A DNA stretch of 64,000 nucleotides from an uncultured Actinomycetes bacterium (GTDB taxonomy: Bacteria > Actinomycetota > Thermoleophilia > RBG-16-64-13), in assembly GCA_963806155.1 (NCBI GenBank), contig CAWDXC010000018.1, positions 112,605 to 176,604 on the forward strand, read 5' to 3'. Under the pieces are notes generated by a model. It ran no database searches. It was not told the DNA's origin and worked only from the letters and a program-made list of their open reading frames with translations. Made by a program: the position numbers and the translations under genes. Shown in pieces: positions 61,282-64,000 of this stretch (position 1 is the stretch's first letter; every line of letters begins with the position of its first letter).

Positions 61282-62157
61282 ATGCGACCGGCAAAGATCG
61301 TAGCGATCATCATCGGGGCCCTGTTGATTCTCGTCGGCATCGGGGTGTTGGTCCCCGGGATCATCTTGCTGTCGTTCAACGGGACGTACAGGGATAGCTC
61401 CGGCTTCCTCACGACCTCCGACCGCTCCCTCGCCTCCAGCGGCTACGCCCTAGTCACACCCGACGTGAACCTGGATCTCGGGTCCGCGGACTGGATCCCG
61501 GGCGGAGGATCGGTACAAGTCCGCGCGACTTCAAGCGGGACGGATCCTGTCTTCATCGGCATCGGGCCTTCGGACCAAGTGACCGCCTACTTGAGCGGAG
61601 TGGCCTACGACGAGGTTACCAACCTGGGCTTCTTCACCTCCTCGGTGGAGTATCGCCACTACGAGGGGGGCGCACCCTCGGCGCCGCCTGGACAGCAGAC
61701 CTTCTGGGCGGCCAAGCAGGAAGGGCCGGGGACCCAGACCGTGCAGTGGGACGTGACGAGCGGCAACTGGACGGCGGTCCTGATGAACGCGGACGGGAGC
61801 GCGCCGGTAGATGCGAGTGTAAGCGTCGGCGTCCGCCTCGGCTTTCTGCTCCCCCTCGGCATCGGCCTGACCGCCTTTGGAGTGGTGCTTCTCGCCATCG
61901 GGATTGTTCTGGTGATCCTCGGGGCTCGGCGGCCGCGGCAGCCGCTCCAGCCTGGGTATCCGGGCGGCCCGCCGTACGCGCCGCCTGGGGGTCCGCCGCC
62001 CGGGGCGCCGGCCGGCGCGCAGGCGCCTTATCAGGAACCGCCCGCCGGGGCCTACGCACCGCCGCCCTACCAGTCACCCCCGTCTCAAGCAGCGCCGGCG
62101 GTGCCCGGCGAGACCGCCGGGCCGCCTCCCGAGAGCGCGCCTCGAGAAGAGGCCTAG
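61282..62157 (+). CDS. Membrane protein with Pro-rich C-terminal tail
   Basis: AGGAGG RBS; N- and C-terminal TM helices; RDSSGFLT, VFIGIGP, PPGQQTFW, GNWTAVLMNADGS. Confidence 0.75.
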   Translation: MRPAKIVAIIIGALLILVGIGVLVPGIILLSFNGTYRDSSGFLTTSDRSLASSGYALVTPDVNLDLGSADWIPGGGSVQVRATSSGTDPVFIGIGPSDQVTAYLSGVAYDEVTNLGFFTSSVEYRHYEGGAPSAPPGQQTFWAAKQEGPGTQTVQWDVTSGNWTAVLMNADGSAPVDASVSVGVRLGFLLPLGIGLTAFGVVLLAIGIVLVILGARRPRQPLQPGYPGGPPYAPPGGPPPGAPAGAQAPYQEPPAGAYAPPPYQSPPSQAAPAVPGETAGPPPESAPREEA

Positions 62158-62249
62158 GAAAAGGGGGCTTATAGGATACCGGCCTTGAGCCGATGCAGGC
62201 TCCCGTTCGCCGCCGGCGGCGGCGATGCCGGGTGTCCGGGCAAGAAACC

Positions 62250-62284
62250 GAGGGGGGCGCGGCGTATCCGCCGCGCCCCCCCTC
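62250..62284. terminator. Hairpin between convergent genes (possibly bidirectional terminator)
   Basis: GGGGGGCGCGGCG-TATC-CGCCGCGCCCCCC. Confidence 0.65.
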
Positions 62285-62311
62285 TCGCACGTGCTGCGTC
62301 TTGAAGAGCGG

Positions 62312-63115
62312 CTACTTGGCCACGTACTGGGCCAGCGCCGCGCCGGTCGCGTCACGCAGCCAGAGCTGATCACCGTCGATGGAGTAGGTCGCGGTCTGCG
62401 GCAGGGCGGCCAGGTAGGCAGCTTCCTGCGCCATCAGGGCATCGGGGCCGGCCATCTTTGTGCTGATGATCTGAGCATCGATGGTCATCTGGTCGGTGCC
62501 GGAGGTGGTGTACTTCGTCGAGTACTGGTTGATGCTCCCGTTGCCGGCCAGGCTCCCGTCGGTACCGAAGACCGCCGTGATCGCGCTGTCCGCCGCGAGG
62601 GACTGGAGCCCGCCTTTGCCGTTGTTGTAGGCAAGAGCCTGCCATTCGGTCCCGGTGAGCGCGGTCGGCTCGACTGCCTGGTACTTCACCAGCACCTTGT
62701 CCTTGTCGTCGAGCAACGTCAGGGACTCGGCGGTGACCTCGTAGGTCGCTGCCTTCGGCAGGGCCGCCAAGTAGGCCTGTTCCTGAGCCATCGCCTCCTC
62801 AGGGCCGGCCATCTGGGTATTCATCAGGGTTCCGATCTGGATCGTGTTGCCGGGGCCGGTGGTGAAGGGGCCCCCATAGTTGTTGATGGTGGCTGAGCCG
62901 GACACCCTGCCCGCGGCGAACTTCGCCGTAACCTCATTCCCCTTGGTCGAAAGGACCGACTTCACCCCTGCGATCTCGGTCGCCTTCCAACTCTTGCCTT
63001 CGAGCGCCTTCGAGTCGTCCGCCGTGCTGCCACTGCCGCACCCGGCTGCGGCCAAGACAGACAGCACCAGTGCAGTCGCGCCGACGATCAAGATTGCGGG
63101 CAAGCGTCGCTTCAT
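62312..63115 (-). CDS. META-domain (HslJ-like) lipoprotein with two META repeats
   Basis: GGAGG RBS; lipobox AAGCG; LEGKSW / LTGTEW, TQMAGPEEAMAQEQAYLAAL / TKMAGPDALMAQEAAYLAAL. Confidence 0.88.
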   Translation of the reverse strand: MKRRLPAILIVGATALVLSVLAAAGCGSGSTADDSKALEGKSWKATEIAGVKSVLSTKGNEVTAKFAAGRVSGSATINNYGGPFTTGPGNTIQIGTLMNTQMAGPEEAMAQEQAYLAALPKAATYEVTAESLTLLDDKDKVLVKYQAVEPTALTGTEWQALAYNNGKGGLQSLAADSAITAVFGTDGSLAGNGSINQYSTKYTTSGTDQMTIDAQIISTKMAGPDALMAQEAAYLAALPQTATYSIDGDQLWLRDATGAALAQYVAK

Positions 63116-63279
63116 ATCAGTACCTCCACTGCCGAGTCGATTTTCAGGCACGATACCACGCCCCGGTTGCGGGCGACCAGTCCGCCGCCGCACTTGAGTC
63201 CAGCGCGCTCTGGTCGCCGTCGGTGTATGTGCGGTAGCATCGGTGAGTCGAACCCGTGGTGGACATCGGAGACACGGCT

Positions 63280-64000
63280 ATGAATCTTCTGCAGGCGATC
63301 GGAAACACGCCTCTGGTCGAGATCGCGAATCTCAACCCGAACCCAAATGTGAGGGTGCTCTGCAAGCTCGAGGGCTGCAATCCGGGCGGATCGGTGAAGG
63401 ACCGGCCCGCGCTGTACATGATCAGCAAGGCTGAAGAGAGCGGGGACCTGACCAAGGACAAGATCATCCTGGAGCCGACGTCCGGCAACACGGGCATTGC
63501 GCTGGCCATGATCGGAGCCGCCAAGGGATATGCCGTCGAGCTCTGCATGCCGGAATGCGTGAGCATGGAGCGGCGCCTCATATCGGAGGGCCTTGGCGCG
63601 GAGGTCTTCCTAACCGCGGCCAAGGAGAACATCGACGGCGCCATTCGCCAGGCCCACGCGCTCATGGAGGAGTTCCCGGACAAGTACTACATGCCCAATC
63701 AGTACGACAACGACGCCAACGTCCTTGCCCACTACGAGACCACCGGTCCCGAGGTCTATCGGCAGACGAACGGCGAGGTGGATGACTTTGTGGCCGGCAT
63801 GGGCACCGGCGGCACGCTGATGGGCACCGGCAGGTATCTGAAAGAAGTGAAGCCGGTGCGAAGATCGTCGGCGTCGAGCCGGCTATGGGGCATACGATCC
63901 AGGGGCTCAAGAACATGACGGAGTCGATGGTGCCCGGCATCTACCGTCCGGAGATCTGGACGACAAGAAGATAGTCGACGACGGCGAGGCTTTCGAGACC
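63280..64000 (+). CDS. cysM: Cysteine synthase (CysM-like, PLP-dependent); runs off the window, frameshift near 63860
   Basis: IGNTPLV, KLEGCNPGGSVKDR, EPTSGNTGIALA, NQY.N..N..AHYETTGPE, GMGTGGT. Confidence 0.88.

Noticed and set aside
1-64000. Mobile elements, prophage, defence systems, tRNA/rRNA
   Set aside because: No transposase, integrase, phage, restriction/defence or structural RNA signatures were recognised.

Overview
64-kb GC-rich bacterial chromosomal region, probably from an anaerobic or microaerophilic Gram-positive organism (SLH domains, Thr-rich lipoproteins and actinobacterial-type accessory genes suggest Thermoleophilia-like Actinomycetota; this is inference). Many genes are split by single-base indels, most likely uncorrected long-read errors, so gene models below were rebuilt across frames. 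No rRNA, tRNA, CRISPR array, IS or prophage gene was seen. Content in order: flavodoxin and rubrerythrin; three exported Cys-less sulfite-oxidase-fold proteins around a WtpABC tungstate/molybdate transporter; Fe-ADH, MoaF and PadR; a GT39; a DUF2089 operon; an acetylene-hydratase-like Mo/W enzyme; GH13 and GH63-like hydrolases with SHOCT/DUF6325 genes next to a MalT-like LuxR regulator that has a visible operator motif; glucose dehydrogenase; an NADH persulfide reductase. The most striking locus (30.9-41.0 kb) encodes a glycyl radical enzyme with an atypical Cys loop (GACVG), a phosphofructokinase-fold protein with substituted catalytic motifs placed between the GRE and its radical-SAM activase, and a four-subunit class I benzoyl-CoA-reductase-like (O-N-P-Q order) module plus an Fe-S protein. 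Downstream lie a Gly/Pro-repeat microprotein, a TetR/DszB-like/rhodanese unit, SDR plus ERG24-like reductase, catalase, transporters, an acyl-CoA synthetase, a second GT39 with a GT2, and cysteine synthase.
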